Shown here: positions 6,680 to 14,177 of the stretch, in pieces
Numbering within the stretch: the stretch's first letter is position 1
Layout of the letters: each line of letters starts with the position of its first letter
DNA from: Psychromarinibacter sediminicola
Lineage (GTDB): Bacteria; Pseudomonadota; Alphaproteobacteria; Rhodobacterales; Rhodobacteraceae
Reading direction: 5' to 3'
DNA length: 32,000 nucleotides
Assembly (NCBI RefSeq): GCF_029168335.1
Contig: NZ_JARGYC010000040.1
Span: 3,605-35,604 of the forward strand
Notes under the pieces: model-generated
The model's input: the letters and a program-made list of their open reading frames with translations, nothing else
Told to the model about the DNA's origin: nothing
Database searches by the model: none
Made by a program: the position numbers and the translations under genes

Positions 6680-8386
6680 TCAGGCGTTCGCCTTCTCCTG
6701 GATCAGCCCGCGGGTGATGGCGAAGCAGATCAGGATCAGGATGATCGTGAACGGCAGCCCCGTCGAGATCACCATCGCCTGCAGCGAGCCGAGCCCGCCG
6801 CCGACCAGCAGCGCGATCGCCACGAGCCCTTCGAAGGTGCACCAGAACACCCGCTGCGGCACCGGCGCGTCGACCTTGCCGCCCGCTGTGATCGTGTCGA
6901 TCACCAGCGAGCCGGAGTCCGACGAGGTGACGAAGAACACGATCACCAGGATGATCCCGATGGTCGAGGTGATCGCCGCCAGCGGCAGCCCCTCCAGCAT
7001 CGCGAACAGCGACAGCTCGGGCGCGTAGGTGTCGATCACCTGGCCCTTCACGGCGCTGGTCTCGGGGTTGGCGATCACGTCGCTGATCGCGGCTCCGCCG
7101 AACACGGCCATCCAGAACACGCAGACGAGGCTCGGGATGATCAGCACGCAGGTGATGAACTCGCGCACCGTGCGGCCGCGGCTGACGCGGGCGATGAACA
7201 TGCCGACGAAGGGCGACCAGCTGATCCACCAGGCCCAGTAGAACGCCGTCCAGCCCTGCATGTAGCCCAGATCCTCGCGCCCGTGCGGGTTCGACAGCGG
7301 GATGATCTCCTGCGCGTAGCCCAGAAGCCCCTCGACGAACTCGCTCAGGATGGTGCCCGCCCCGGCCGCGAACAGCACGAACAGTAGCAGCACCAGCGCG
7401 ATCACCATGTTGATCTCGGACAGCACCTTCACGCCGCCGTCCAGGCCCCGCAGCACCGAGACCAGGGCGACCAGCGTGATGCCGATGATCAGGATCACCT
7501 GCACCGTCACGTTGCTCGGAATGCCGTAGACGTATTCGAGCCCCGCATTGGCCTGCTGCGCGCCGAGACCCAGCGAGGTGGCCAGGCCGAACAGCGTCGC
7601 GAAGACCGCCAGCGTGTCGATGATGTGGCCCCACCAGCCCCAGACGCGATCGCCCAGGATCGGGTAGAAGGCCGAGCGGATCGAAAGCGGCAGGCCCTTG
7701 TTGTAGGAAAACAGCGCCAGCGCCAGCGCCACGACGGCGTAGATCGCCCAGGGGTGCAGCGCCCAGTGATAGGACGTGGCCGCCAGCGCCATGCGCCGCG
7801 CCTCGTCGATATTGGCCTCGATCAGCGTGCCGTCCTCGGCGAAGGGCCGGACGGTGCCCAGCGGCTCGTCGCCCCACGGCGTGCCGAAGTAGTAGACCGG
7901 CTCCAGCACCCCGAAGAACATCAGCCCGATGCCCATGCCGGCGGCGAACAGCATCGCGAACCAGCCCGCATAGCCGTAGTCGGGCCGCGCATCCGTGCCG
8001 CCCAGCCGCACCGAGCCCCAGGGGCTGATGATCAGGAACAGGCAGAAGATGACGAAGATGTTGGCGCCCCACAGGAAGAACCAGTCGAACTGCGAGGTCA
8101 GATAGGCGCGCAGGCCCAGGTCGCAGAACGCGCCGGCCTCGCAGCCTTCGACGTCACCGGCATTGACGCCGTTGAAGAGCGCGTCCGCGCTGCCCGGCGC
8201 GATCAGCGCATAGGCGACGAAGGCGATGATCGTCAGGCCAGAGATCATGAAGACGGGATTGTGGATGTCGAAGCCGAACGGCCCGACCTTGCCCTCGATA
8301 TTGTCCTGACCGATATCGTAGTCGGTCTCGATGATATGGGCGTTGCCTTCCGGCTCGGGAACGCCCGGAGATGTTTCGTCGGCCAT
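6680..8386 (-). CDS. BCCT family transporter (betaine/carnitine/choline type)
   Basis: 568 aa and polytopic. BCCT hallmarks include ..WFFLWGANIFVIF.., ..TAFYWAWWISWSPFVGMFIARVSRGRTVREF.. The SD GGGGAGG precedes ATG 8386. Confidence 0.9.
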   Translation of the reverse strand: MADETSPGVPEPEGNAHIIETDYDIGQDNIEGKVGPFGFDIHNPVFMISGLTIIAFVAYALIAPGSADALFNGVNAGDVEGCEAGAFCDLGLRAYLTSQFDWFFLWGANIFVIFCLFLIISPWGSVRLGGTDARPDYGYAGWFAMLFAAGMGIGLMFFGVLEPVYYFGTPWGDEPLGTVRPFAEDGTLIEANIDEARRMALAATSYHWALHPWAIYAVVALALALFSYNKGLPLSIRSAFYPILGDRVWGWWGHIIDTLAVFATLFGLATSLGLGAQQANAGLEYVYGIPSNVTVQVILIIGITLVALVSVLRGLDGGVKVLSEINMVIALVLLLFVLFAAGAGTILSEFVEGLLGYAQEIIPLSNPHGREDLGYMQGWTAFYWAWWISWSPFVGMFIARVSRGRTVREFITCVLIIPSLVCVFWMAVFGGAAISDVIANPETSAVKGQVIDTYAPELSLFAMLEGLPLAAITSTIGIILVIVFFVTSSDSGSLVIDTITAGGKVDAPVPQRVFWCTFEGLVAIALLVGGGLGSLQAMVISTGLPFTIILILICFAITRGLIQEKANA

Positions 8387-8452
8387 GGCGGCCTCCCCTG
8401 TTATTCTTGAGTATCGATTGCGGCGAAGAAGGTTCCTTCGAACTGGCCCGGA

Positions 8453-8872
8453 TCAGGAGTCGCGCACCAGGAACACCGAGGCCGGCGTGTGCGCGGCGAT
8501 CTTGCCGCCGTTCGACGGCCAGATGTAGTCGGCAAGGCCCGGCTTGTGGGTGCCCATCACCACGAGGTCGGCGCCGATCTCCTTGACCGTGTCCAGCAGG
8601 ACGTCGTCCAGATCGGTCGTCGGATCGTGCGCGATCGAGGTGTGGTAGGTGGCGTTGATGCCGCGGCCCGCCGCCTGCTCCTCGGCGAAGGCCTTCAGCT
8701 TTTCGTCGTACTCCTTGGGGTTGTGCCCCATCGCACCAGGCGTTTCCGCCGTCACGCCCACGTAGCAAAGCTCGGCACCGTAGTGTTTGGCAATATCGGC
8801 CGCTGTATCCAGCGCCTTGCCGAGCGTCTCCAGATGGGCAAGATCGACGGGCGCCATGATCTTTCGATACAT
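8453..8872 (-). CDS. Universal stress protein (UspA family)
   Basis: Track ORF 8453..8992 trimmed to ATG 8872 (MYRKIMAPVDLAHLE..), with the SD AGGAGGG directly upstream. The C-terminus ..DLVVMGTHKPGLADYIWPSNGGKIAAHTPASVFLVR is typical of Usp. Confidence 0.85.
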   Translation of the reverse strand: MYRKIMAPVDLAHLETLGKALDTAADIAKHYGAELCYVGVTAETPGAMGHNPKEYDEKLKAFAEEQAAGRGINATYHTSIAHDPTTDLDDVLLDTVKEIGADLVVMGTHKPGLADYIWPSNGGKIAAHTPASVFLVRDS

Positions 8873-8994
8873 GTATCCCTCCTGAGTTCGGACCGGCCGT
8901 TCGCCCCGGCGACCGAATGTGGCCGAAGCGGGCAAGCCTCTGATTATGTTGCGTTGCGGAATCAGCTTAGCCGATCCGGGCCGCGGCAACAAAC

Positions 8995-9016
8995 ATCACG
9001 CTAACGGTCGCGTGAT
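8995..9016 (-). terminator. Possible terminator hairpin after acuI (ATCACGC-N8-GCGTGAT)
   Basis: A 7-bp stem with an 8-nt loop. On the minus strand it is followed by GTTTGTTGCC, a weak U-rich tail. It lies about 100 nt downstream of the acuI stop. Confidence 0.3.
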
Positions 9017-9113
9017 CGGCGCACGGTCCGGAAGCGAAGTGTTGTGTCACGGAAACGGCATGAATCGCCGAATCCGGCGCGCCGGCCGCCCCTGGTCCGG
9101 CAGCGGCGCCGTC

Positions 9114-10106
9114 TCAGCCGTTCACGTCGACGACGACCCGGCCGCGCACACGTCCGCGGAGAATGTCGGCCCCGAGACCGGGCAGATCGGCCAGCGTGGC
9201 GGGCTGCGCCATCTCTTCCAGCTTGTCCATCGGCAGGTCGCGGGAGATGCGCTGCCACGCGCGCAGCCGGTTGTCGTAGGGCTGCAGCACGCTGTCGATG
9301 CCCAGAAGATTGACGCCGCGCAGCAGGAACGGGATCACCTTGGCCGGCAAATCGGCGCCGCCCGCCAGCCCGACGGCGGCGACCGAGGCACCGTATTTCA
9401 TCTGCCCCAGCACCCGCGCCAGCATCGCGCCGCCGACGGCGTCGACGCAGCCCGCCCAGCTTTCCGATTCCAGCGGCCGCTTGACCGTTTCGGCCAGCTC
9501 CTCGCGCGGGACGATGCGGGCGGCGCCGAGATCGGTCAGATAGCCCTCGGTCTCCGGCCGCCCCGTCACCGCGGCGACCGTGTAGCCCAGATTGGCCAGG
9601 ATCGCCGTCGCGACCGAGCCGACGCCGCCGGCGGCACCGGTGACCAGCACCTCGCCCTTGTCCGGCGTCAGGCCGTGATCCTCCAGCGCCATCACCGCCA
9701 GCATCGCGGTGAACCCGGCGGTGCCCACCGCCATCGCCTGCCGCGTCGTCAGCCCCTCGGGCAGCGGCACCAGCCAGTCGGCCTTGACCCGCGCCTTCTG
9801 GGCATAGCCGCCCCAATGCGCCTCGCCCACGCGCCAGCCGGTCAGCACGACCTTGTCGCCGGGGGCATAGCGGCTGTCGTCGCTGGTCTCGACGGTGCCG
9901 GCAAAGTCGATGCCGGGCACATGCGGATAGCTCCGCACCAGCCCGCCGCCGGGACCGATGCACAGCCCGTCCTTGTAGTTCACCGTGGAATACTCGACCG
10001 CGACCGTCACCTCGCCCTCGGGCAGGCGATCCTCGGTCAGGTCCTGCACGGCGGCATGGGTCTTGCCGTCGTCGTCCTTCTCCACCACGAGCGCCTTGAA
10101 CGTCAT
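9114..10106 (-). CDS. acuI: YhdH/AcuI-type zinc-independent MDR oxidoreductase (acrylyl-CoA reductase / NADPH:quinone reductase family)
   Basis: Track ORF 9114..11867 (917 aa) is an artefactual fusion, trimmed to ATG 10106 (MTFKALVVEKDDDGKTHAAVQDL..), giving 330 aa. Motifs include VLVTGAAGGVGS (NADPH-binding) and ..VNYKDGL.. typical of YhdH/AcuI. Confidence 0.8.
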   Translation of the reverse strand: MTFKALVVEKDDDGKTHAAVQDLTEDRLPEGEVTVAVEYSTVNYKDGLCIGPGGGLVRSYPHVPGIDFAGTVETSDDSRYAPGDKVVLTGWRVGEAHWGGYAQKARVKADWLVPLPEGLTTRQAMAVGTAGFTAMLAVMALEDHGLTPDKGEVLVTGAAGGVGSVATAILANLGYTVAAVTGRPETEGYLTDLGAARIVPREELAETVKRPLESESWAGCVDAVGGAMLARVLGQMKYGASVAAVGLAGGADLPAKVIPFLLRGVNLLGIDSVLQPYDNRLRAWQRISRDLPMDKLEEMAQPATLADLPGLGADILRGRVRGRVVVDVNG

Positions 10107-10141
10107 GTCGCTGTCTCCCCTGTTCGATGTCGCCCGCAGGC

Positions 10142-10648
10142 TTACGCGGACTCGGGCATGATGAACAGGTCGGTGGCCTCGGGCCGCGCCCCGGCGGCGG
10201 TCAGCATGGCGTGGACCTGGCCGCGGTGGTGCGTCTGGTGGTTGAAGAAATGCGCCACGCAAAGCGCCATCGGGTTGACCATGTCGGCCTGCAGCGACCC
10301 GGAATACCACGACAGGTCGCCGGCGAGGTCCGCATCCGTCAGCCCGTTCGCCCAGTCGACGATGTCCGCGTCGGCCCGGAGCCGCGCCGCCTTGTAGCTC
10401 TCCCAGTCCGGGGTGATCTGCGGGCTTTCGGCGATGCCGCCCGCCGGCTTTTCCCAGTCGGCAAAGCGCGACATCCAGATGCGATCGCCCCAGAGCACAT
10501 GGTTCAGCGTGGCCTGGATCGAGCCGAAGAAGGCGCCCCGGTCCGCCCGCCGCGCACCGTCGTCGAGCCCGTCGGCCGCCGCCACCAGGCTGCCGTTCTG
10601 CCAGCGGTTGTAGCGCGCCATCAGCCGGGCGTAGTCCGCGGTGATCAT
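10142..10648 (-). CDS. DinB family (four-helix-bundle metalloenzyme-like) protein
   Basis: 168 aa. It has the DinB-type His triad context: ..ATLNHVLWGDRIW.., ..HFFNHQTHHRGQVHAML.. Confidence 0.85.
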   Translation of the reverse strand: MITADYARLMARYNRWQNGSLVAAADGLDDGARRADRGAFFGSIQATLNHVLWGDRIWMSRFADWEKPAGGIAESPQITPDWESYKAARLRADADIVDWANGLTDADLAGDLSWYSGSLQADMVNPMALCVAHFFNHQTHHRGQVHAMLTAAGARPEATDLFIMPESA

Positions 10649-10675
10649 CGGTGGCGGTCCCTCGGTTGCGGTCCC

Positions 10676-11830
10676 TCAGTTGCGGTCGAAGACGATGGAG
10701 CTGTCGAAGGGCTCGGCCCAGTCCGACGTCCGCACGCCGTTGGCGACCCCGCCGGCATAGCGGTCGAGCCCCCGGATTCGCAACACCCGGATCTCGCCGC
10801 CGAAGGCCCGGATCACGCCCGCGTGCCGCGCCGCGGTGCACAGGTCGCTGTCGGCGGTATAGGGCCCCATGCCCCAGACATCGCCGCGCGCCGAGGTCCG
10901 GCCGCAGGTGCAGGCGTGAGCCTCCGCGCCGTCGGGCATCACGGTGCAGTCGGGCAGCGCCACCTCCGCGCCGGGCTCGTCCAGCGGCTCGGCCTCGGGG
11001 GCCGGTTCCGGCACCACCTCGGCGGTCGTCTCCGGCGGCGGCGGCGGCGTGCTGTCGGCGACCTCCGCCTTCCTGGCGCCGGCGAAGGGAATCACGTCGA
11101 AGCTGACGCTGTAGCTGCCCCAGTCGCGCGTCTCGATGCCGTTGGCCTCGCTGCCGTCGTAGCCGTCCTGCCCCGGCCGGTGCAGCAGCCGCAGCGCGCC
11201 GCCCTCCGGCCCGATGGCGCCGGCATGCCGCGCCGCCGTGCAGATGTCGCTGTCGCCGGTATAGGGCCCGCTGCCCCAGACGGCGCCGCGATGCGGCCCG
11301 GCCCCGCAGCGGCAGGCGAGCTCGCCGCCCGCCTCGGGCAGCCCGTCGCATTCCGGCAGGTCCGCCGGGTCGACCGCGGGCACCGGCGTCGGCGTCGGCG
11401 TCGGGGCCGGTGTCGGGGCCGGCGCGGTCTCCAGCGCGGCGATGCCGATGCTCTCGTCGTAGCGGCCGTAATCCTCGGTGGTCACGCCGTTCGCGGTGGA
11501 CCCCTCGTAGGCCGCCTGCCCCGGCAGCCGCTCCAGCCGGATCTCGCCGCCCTCGGCCCCGATCGCCCCGGCATGGCGGGCGGCGGTGCAGATGTCGCTG
11601 TCGGCTGTATAGGGATTGCTGCCCCAGACGGAGCCGGCGAAGGCCCCCGGCGGCGGGCAGGCGCAGGCCATGCTGTCCACGTCCGCCGGAAGCGGCGCGC
11701 AGGCGGGCAGGTCCGCCGCCGGGTCTTCCGCGGGCCCGGCCTGGCCCGCCTGTCCGCCCTTGCCCTGTGCCAGCCCCGCGCCCGGCGCCACCGCCATTGC
11801 CAGCACAACCGCAACGATCCTGAAATCCAT
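10676..11830 (-). CDS. Secreted protein with three tandem LCCL domains
   Basis: Track ORF 10676..11983 trimmed to ATG 11830 (MDFRIVAVVLAMAVAPGAGLA|QGK signal peptide; SD GGAGGA). There are three ~90-aa repeats, each with C-x-C...VWG.GPYT.DSD[IL]CTAARHAG.I...G, the LCCL-type signature. The repeats map to about 11441-11713, 11093-11365 and 10685-10960. They are joined by Pro/Thr/Ala/Glu-rich linkers (APAPTPAPTPTPTPVP). Confidence 0.8.
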   Translation of the reverse strand: MDFRIVAVVLAMAVAPGAGLAQGKGGQAGQAGPAEDPAADLPACAPLPADVDSMACACPPPGAFAGSVWGSNPYTADSDICTAARHAGAIGAEGGEIRLERLPGQAAYEGSTANGVTTEDYGRYDESIGIAALETAPAPTPAPTPTPTPVPAVDPADLPECDGLPEAGGELACRCGAGPHRGAVWGSGPYTGDSDICTAARHAGAIGPEGGALRLLHRPGQDGYDGSEANGIETRDWGSYSVSFDVIPFAGARKAEVADSTPPPPPETTAEVVPEPAPEAEPLDEPGAEVALPDCTVMPDGAEAHACTCGRTSARGDVWGMGPYTADSDLCTAARHAGVIRAFGGEIRVLRIRGLDRYAGGVANGVRTSDWAEPFDSSIVFDRN

Positions 11831-11914
11831 GATCCGTCCTCCCCGGACATCCCGGCAACGCCGCCACCGCCAGAATGAGCGCGCCGCGACATGCGAGTCA
11901 ACGCTGCATCCCCC

Positions 11915-11943
11915 CTTGCCGGACGCGCCGCGCATCACTACAT
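11915..11943 (+). promoter_or_regulatory. Candidate sigma70-type promoter of ssrA
   Basis: CTTGCC (11915-11920), a 17-nt spacer, then CTACAT (11938-11943). This would start transcription near 11950, about 80 nt before the CCA end of the acceptor piece. Confidence 0.4.
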
Positions 11944-11949
11944 TTCTCC

Positions 11950-12275
11950 TGCCGGTACGCCGGCTATGGACATAAACGCGCACGTAATAAGCGGATCGGA
12001 CCCGGGGGCGGTACCCGGCGGCTCCACCAAATACCCGGTCGTTGGCGGGGCATGGGGCCGAAACAGGATCGACGAACGTGTAAAGGTGTGGCTTTGTCCC
12101 GGTGAGGTACCACCGTTATCGGTCCGTCAAAGCATAATTGCCAACGACAATCGTGCTCCGGTCGCCGTTGCCGCCTAAGCGGTAACGAGACCGAAATCTT
12201 GAAGCCCAGTCCTCTAGCCAGGGCTGGCGGGGTTCGCAGGCACCTGGCAACAGAAGCCTGCATCTTCCTTCACAC
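11950..12275 (+). ncRNA. ssrA: Two-piece (circularly permuted) tmRNA gene; acceptor piece first (about 11950-12029), coding piece second (12054 to about 12275)
   Basis: The acceptor 3' strand CGGCTCC-A-CCA (12019-12029) pairs with GGGGCCG (12054-12060), giving a 7-bp acceptor stem with the G3:U70 alanine identity pair. The T-arm is CCGGG-GGCGGTA-CCCGG (12002-12018). The coding-piece 5' end GGGGCCGAAACAGGATCGACG resembles the canonical tmRNA 5' end. The tag frame GCC AAC GAC AAT CGT GCT CCG GTC GCC GTT GCC GCC TAA encodes ANDNRAPVAVAA. The outer boundaries, especially the 3' end, are approximate (+/- 30 nt). Confidence 0.88.
12140..12178 (+). other. tmRNA tag reading frame (resume codon GCC to TAA), encoding ANDNRAPVAVAA
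   Basis: Direct translation. This is an alpha-proteobacterial-type tag (ANDN....AVAA). The track ORF 11891..12178 ends in exactly this peptide and is therefore not a protein gene. Confidence 0.88.
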
Positions 12276-12342
12276 GCTGTTGTCACCCGCCGCGTGCCGC
12301 GCTACCGCCCGGTGGTGACCGGACGTGCGAGGCGCCAACCCG

Positions 12343-13485
12343 ATGAAATGGGCCGATCTTCGAAGACAGGCCATGCTCCTGTGGCTGCTTTGCGCGGCGG
12401 GTACTGTCTACGTTGTCGGCTACTTTCTGTTCGCGGCGCTCGACATCGTGCCGTCGCGGATGTTCTGGGACCTTTCGGTCTATAAACAGGCCGCGGAGGT
12501 CGCATCCGCCGGCGGAGACGCCTACGAGCAACGCTACGGCGGGCTGCGATTCGTCTATCCGCCCTTGGTTCTGTCCGCGTTCGCGGCGCTCGAGCCGTGG
12601 CTCCTGCCGCTTCTGGCCGGAACCTATGTCGCCGTCACCGCGGTCTTCCTGCTCAAGGCGCCGCCCAGCCTGCGGCTGTCCCCCTTCCTCATCATGGGCG
12701 TGTCTGCCTTTCACGACCCGCTGATGGTCGCGGTCCGGACCGGCAACCTGTCGCTATACCTCCACCTGCTCGTTCTTGCGCTCTGGGTTCGCCCCGGGGG
12801 CGCCTGGACGCGCCGCGCCCTGCTTGTCGTGATCCTGCTCGGTACCGTCATCAAGCCGGTATTCGCCGCCTACTTCGGCCTCTGGCTCCTGCGCGATGCC
12901 CGACTCGGGCGGGAGAGCGCCGAGGCTGCCCTTACCCTGGCCGCCGCAGCCGCAACATGGCTCCTGCAACTCTGGCTGATGCCCGAGGCCTTCGCCGGGT
13001 TTCTGGGCGCCGTCGACCGTCAGATAGGCCTCGACGACACTTATTCAGATCTCGGCTCGGGCGTGCTCCCGCAGGTCTTCAATCTGAGCGGGAGCTTCAC
13101 GACAGGGCTGCTGGCCCACCTTGCGGCCTGGGGCGGCCTGTCGCTGATCTGGCTGCTATGGCTTCGCAAGCGCGTGTCCGACGCGCCCGACGCGGCCCGG
13201 CGCCACATCCTGCTTGCCGCGCCCTTCGTGCTCTGCGTGCTCCTCAACCCGCGTATGAAACAGTACGACCTGGTGGCGGGGTTCTTTCTGGTATTGCAGG
13301 CAGGCTACCTCTGGGGCCGCCTCCCGCGGCCTCCCACTGTCCTGCCCCTTCTTGGTCTGGCCGCCGGGATCCATCTGAATGAGTTGCTGACGCCGCTCGC
13401 CTTCCGATCGCACCTCGAATTGCTGATCGTGACCCTGTTCTTCGGCCTCGCCGTGCATGCAATCGGCCGTGCGCCCCGCGCATGA
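12343..13485 (+). CDS. Polytopic membrane protein, GT-C fold glycosyltransferase-like (DUF2029/GT87-like)
   Basis: Track ORF 12325..13485 begins at GTG 12325. I prefer ATG 12343 (MKWADLRRQAMLLWLL..), which has GAGG 10 nt upstream. It has about 10 TM helices, and the first loop, D..VY..AA......GGDAY......FVYPPL, resembles DUF2029-type GT-C enzymes. GC is somewhat lower than in neighbouring genes (three 60-nt blocks hand-counted at about 60-63%, against about 68% for one block in fumC). Confidence 0.5.
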   Translation: MKWADLRRQAMLLWLLCAAGTVYVVGYFLFAALDIVPSRMFWDLSVYKQAAEVASAGGDAYEQRYGGLRFVYPPLVLSAFAALEPWLLPLLAGTYVAVTAVFLLKAPPSLRLSPFLIMGVSAFHDPLMVAVRTGNLSLYLHLLVLALWVRPGGAWTRRALLVVILLGTVIKPVFAAYFGLWLLRDARLGRESAEAALTLAAAAATWLLQLWLMPEAFAGFLGAVDRQIGLDDTYSDLGSGVLPQVFNLSGSFTTGLLAHLAAWGGLSLIWLLWLRKRVSDAPDAARRHILLAAPFVLCVLLNPRMKQYDLVAGFFLVLQAGYLWGRLPRPPTVLPLLGLAAGIHLNELLTPLAFRSHLELLIVTLFFGLAVHAIGRAPRA

Positions 13486-13570
13486 ACGGGCGGACCCGAC
13501 GCCGGCAATCCCCTTTTAATCGCGACCGAATCCCGTATGTTGAACCCTATGACCGACGAAGGATCCCCGA

Positions 13571-14020
13571 ATGTCGCGCATGATTGACTACGGAAACCTC
13601 ATGCACCGGGCGATGCGCGGTCTGATCCGCGACGTGCTCGCGGATGTGCAGGATAACGGCCTGCCGGGGCAGCATCATTTCTTCATCACCTTCGACACGA
13701 TGCATCCCGACGTCGAGATCGCCGACTGGCTGTCGGACCGCTATCCCGACGAGATGACGATCGTCATGCAGCACTGGTACGACAATCTCGACGTCACCGA
13801 CGACGGGTTCTTCGTCACCCTGAATTTCGGCGACACGCCGGAGCCGCTCTATATCCCCTTCGACGCGATCCGCACCTTCGTCGACCCCTCGGTCGAGTTC
13901 GGGCTGACCTTCAAGACCCAGGACGAGGCGGACGAGCCGGAAGAGCCCGAAGACATCGAGGTGGAAGAGGAACCCCAGCGCGAGGCCGACATCGTCAGCC
14001 TCGACAGCTTCCGCAAGTGA
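13571..14020 (+). CDS. sspB: SspB-family ClpXP adaptor (alpha-proteobacterial SspB type)
   Basis: 149 aa. The core is ..GQHHFFITFDTMHPDVEIADWLSDRYPDEMTIVMQHWYDNLDV..FFVTLNFGDTPEPLYIPFDAIRTFVDPSVEFGL.F. It is followed by an acidic linker and the C-terminal tail IVSLDSFRK, which resembles a ClpX-tethering motif. The SD is GAAGGA. Confidence 0.75.
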   Translation: MSRMIDYGNLMHRAMRGLIRDVLADVQDNGLPGQHHFFITFDTMHPDVEIADWLSDRYPDEMTIVMQHWYDNLDVTDDGFFVTLNFGDTPEPLYIPFDAIRTFVDPSVEFGLTFKTQDEADEPEEPEDIEVEEEPQREADIVSLDSFRK

Positions 14021-14177
14021 CGCCCGCCGCCACCGCTGTTTGACAGTTTCGTAACGCCCCTGAAACGCGCAGAAAACGGACCTGCGAAAGTTTCGCGACA
14101 CGGGCGTCCGGGCGCTTGCCTTGCCGCCGGGTTGCGGTGCAATCGGCTTTGCGTCCGAGCAGAACCGAGGCCACGAC

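Noticed and set aside
5457-8072. Long alternative-frame and antisense ORFs (5457..6545 -, 5441..6394 +, 6416..7387 +, 6588..8072 -, 7625..8410 +)
   Set aside because: All overlap the aminotransferase or BCCT genes in wrong frames. Several read straight through the intergenic palindromes and terminator.
8938-8966. Inverted repeat CTGATT-N14-AATCAG upstream of the usp gene as an FNR/CRP-type site
   Set aside because: The half-site sequence and 14-nt spacing do not fit TTGAT-N4-ATCAA or TGTGA-N6-TCACA, and I could not pair it with a credible -10/-35.
10653-10676. Tandem 10-bp duplication GCGGTCCCTC x2 between the LCCL and DinB genes
   Set aside because: It is real but tiny, and most simply a duplicated SD-containing segment or slippage product. 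It is mentioned under the LCCL finding and is not a feature in its own right.
9114-11867. 917-aa ORF fusing acuI with upstream sequence, plus the antisense ORFs 8919..10397 and 10127..11878
   Set aside because: Only the last 330 aa (from ATG 10106) are AcuI/YhdH-like. The rest is the wrong frame of the DinB and LCCL genes, and each of those has its own SD, start and recognisable product.
11891-12178. 95-aa plus-strand ORF (and 11964..12263 minus, 12283..12714 minus)
   Set aside because: The ORF ends in the tmRNA tag peptide ANDNRAPVAVAA and lies within ssrA. It is an RNA gene, not a CDS. The minus-strand ORFs overlap ssrA or the GT-C-like gene and are low complexity.
11950-13570. Possible genomic island integrated at the tmRNA gene
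   Set aside because: The window contains no integrase or recombinase, no phage genes, and no direct repeat of any ssrA segment that I could find downstream (13486-13570 inspected). Only one modestly lower-GC gene is present. I kept this as a weak insertion hypothesis, not as an island call.
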